In this document: positions 45,365-46,945 of the stretch, in pieces
Layout: each line of letters opens with the position of its first letter
Numbering within the stretch: the first letter of the stretch is position 1
From: Candidatus Cloacimonadota bacterium
Lineage (GTDB): Bacteria; Cloacimonadota; Cloacimonadia; Cloacimonadales; WRIO01
Reading direction: 5' to 3'
Assembly (NCBI GenBank): GCA_029564175.1
Contig: JAKQQL010000236.1
Coordinates: 1 to 46,945 of the forward strand
Length of the DNA stretch: 46,945 nt
Program-made: the position numbers and the translations under genes
The notes under the pieces: model-generated
Told to the model about the DNA's origin: nothing
Seen by the model: only the letters and a program-made list of their open reading frames with translations
Database searches by the model: none

Positions 45365-46391
45365 AAAATATAATGATATTGAAAATGGATATAGGGAAAG
45401 GTTTATCAATGAAATTAGAAAAACAGTGCCGTCTGATGAAGTATTTGTTGCTCTCAATAAAATTGATGGTAGCCAATTTTCTTTTTATGTTGATGATAAC
45501 GAGGTTCGGGTATCTAAACGATCCTGTTTGATTAATAGTGAAGATAATTTCAATGGGTCTAATAAGATTTTTGAAAAGTATCATGATAGAATGAAAGATC
45601 TTTTGGAAATTGTTCGAGAGAATTATAGGTGTTATAATTTGAAATTCCCTTATGTTATTCAATCTATTATTGTTGACTGTGAAATTTTTGGTGGTTCTTA
45701 TCCACACCCAGAAGTTGAAAGAGTTCAAGGTGCCAAGGTTGCTCAAGGTCGAGTGTTTTATGCCCCATTTAATGATATTGCCGCTTATGATCTTCGAATT
45801 GGTTATGGGTTTAATGACAATGATTTTGAATATCAGTATCTTCCTTGGGATTTGGTAATGAGATTTTTAATGCAGTGTGATATTCCAATGACAACAACAA
45901 TGGCATTTGGAACGTTAGATCAAATGTTGAATCTGAATCCCGAATTTCTTGATCCAACTTATATAAGATATAAACTTCCTCCGATTGAAAACAATTTTTC
46001 CGAGGGATATGTTATTAAACCGTTGCATCAGGAATACCAGACAAGCTATGGGGAAAGGGTAATTTTCAAACATAAGAATCCAAAGTTTGCTGAAAAGAAT
46101 AAGAAAGTTAAAGTTAAAACAGAAGTTGAAATGTCCGAAGAGGCTCAGAATTATCTAGATGAAATTATTTCTTATGTTAGTGATTCTCGGTTTGCTTCGG
46201 TTGCCAGTAAGATGAATGATGAAGAGAAGAAGAATTTTTCATTATTGATGAAGGAAATGGCTTCTGATACATTGAAGGATTTTGGGAAGGATAATCCAAA
46301 TTGGCAGGATTCAATCAGTAAGGCAGAAGAAAAGAATATCATGAAGACTTTGAACAAAACGATTGCAACAATTGTTCAAAAGAATTGGTAA
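45348..46391 (+). CDS. Rnl2-family RNA ligase
   Basis: KIDGSQFS, CEIFGG.Y, AYDL, EGYVIKP, IFKHKNPKFAE. Confidence 0.9.
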   Translation: MKMKFEKYNDIENGYRERFINEIRKTVPSDEVFVALNKIDGSQFSFYVDDNEVRVSKRSCLINSEDNFNGSNKIFEKYHDRMKDLLEIVRENYRCYNLKFPYVIQSIIVDCEIFGGSYPHPEVERVQGAKVAQGRVFYAPFNDIAAYDLRIGYGFNDNDFEYQYLPWDLVMRFLMQCDIPMTTTMAFGTLDQMLNLNPEFLDPTYIRYKLPPIENNFSEGYVIKPLHQEYQTSYGERVIFKHKNPKFAEKNKKVKVKTEVEMSEEAQNYLDEIISYVSDSRFASVASKMNDEEKKNFSLLMKEMASDTLKDFGKDNPNWQDSISKAEEKNIMKTLNKTIATIVQKNW

Positions 46392-46442
46392 TTGATTTGG
46401 GGAGTTGAAATACACTCCCCTTTAAACATAGGGGGAGATATT

Positions 46443-46745
46443 ATGTTTCCAATTGTTTTAAATAAAGTGCAATTAGGTATTGTTCTAGAATCAATGAGAA
46501 CATGTATTTTCTTTAATAAAGAAAGAATTCGTCAGGAGCGGTTAGGATTGAATTGTCAAGAAACAATTAGAAATATTGAATTGAATAATGAGTATTTGGA
46601 GAATTTGATAAAGTGTATTCAGAATCAAATTGATGATAATCAGAGATTGAAAGACCTTCAAGGAACATGTGAAACTTTAAAATATCCATGGAATGACGGG
46701 ATTAATTGGCGAGCATATCCAATGGTTGATGATAAAGAATGGTAG
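46443..46745 (+). CDS. hypothetical protein
   Basis: ORF with GGGGGAG RBS. Confidence 0.65.
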   Translation: MFPIVLNKVQLGIVLESMRTCIFFNKERIRQERLGLNCQETIRNIELNNEYLENLIKCIQNQIDDNQRLKDLQGTCETLKYPWNDGINWRAYPMVDDKEW

Positions 46746-46764
46746 ATAAAAAGGGGTGATGAAA

Positions 46765-46945
46765 ATGGAAAAAAAATCTATAAAAAAAATATCTATAAAA
46801 CAATTAGAAAAGATATTATCGGAACACATGTTGTGGCGGAAAGGAATAGGTGGATCAAAAGCAGACTTGTCTGGAGCAAACTTGTCTAGAACAGACTTGT
46901 CTGGAATAGACTTATCGGGTGCAGATTTATACGGTGCAAATCTAT
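46765..46945 (+). CDS. pentapeptide-repeat protein (partial, runs off the window)
   Basis: ILSEHMLWR...ADLSG ANLSR TDLSG IDLSG ADLYG ANL. Confidence 0.85.
   Translation, partial: MEKKSIKKISIKQLEKILSEHMLWRKGIGGSKADLSGANLSRTDLSGIDLSGADLYGANL

Noticed and set aside
1..46945. Alternative genetic code (TAG or TGA recoding)
   Set aside because: Long conserved genes are uninterrupted in code 11, and all three stops end genes

Overview
AT-rich segment of a large (jumbo-type) dsDNA phage genome. The host is probably a Synergistota or Negativicutes diderm, inferred from an SLH-domain outer-membrane protein. Genes left of about 12.7 kb run on the minus strand: a tRNA cluster, an N6-adenine MTase with a frameshifted REase, DUF2958, an AT-hook protein and a class II ribonucleotide reductase with a LAGLIDADG intein. 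Genes right of about 13.9 kb run almost all on the plus strand: RuvC-like resolvase, SLT, Ski2-like helicase, dNMP kinase, CCA-adding enzyme, HD-kinase, Rnl1 and Rnl2 RNA ligases, Nudix, PnuC-NadR, Ro60/TROVE, HU, 2H phosphoesterase (minus strand), SLH porin, metallophosphoesterase and an HNH protein. Four things stand out. (1) Two tRNA genes (Arg-UCU, Tyr-GUA) share a rewired, pseudoknotted fold in which the 5' D-stem strand and D-loop are moved into the variable region; other atypical CCA-ended mini-tRNAs lie nearby. (2) One IS200/IS605 tnpB element is accompanied by three protein-less mini-elements that keep a covarying omega-RNA scaffold. Each sits after TTAT inside a gene and has its own guide, and one captured 38 bp of the phage rnl1 gene. 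(3) A ~500-nt highly structured non-coding block lies at the strand switch. (4) The window carries a dense RNA-repair, Ro60 and NAD-salvage gene set. All calls come from manual reading of motifs; no database searches were run.
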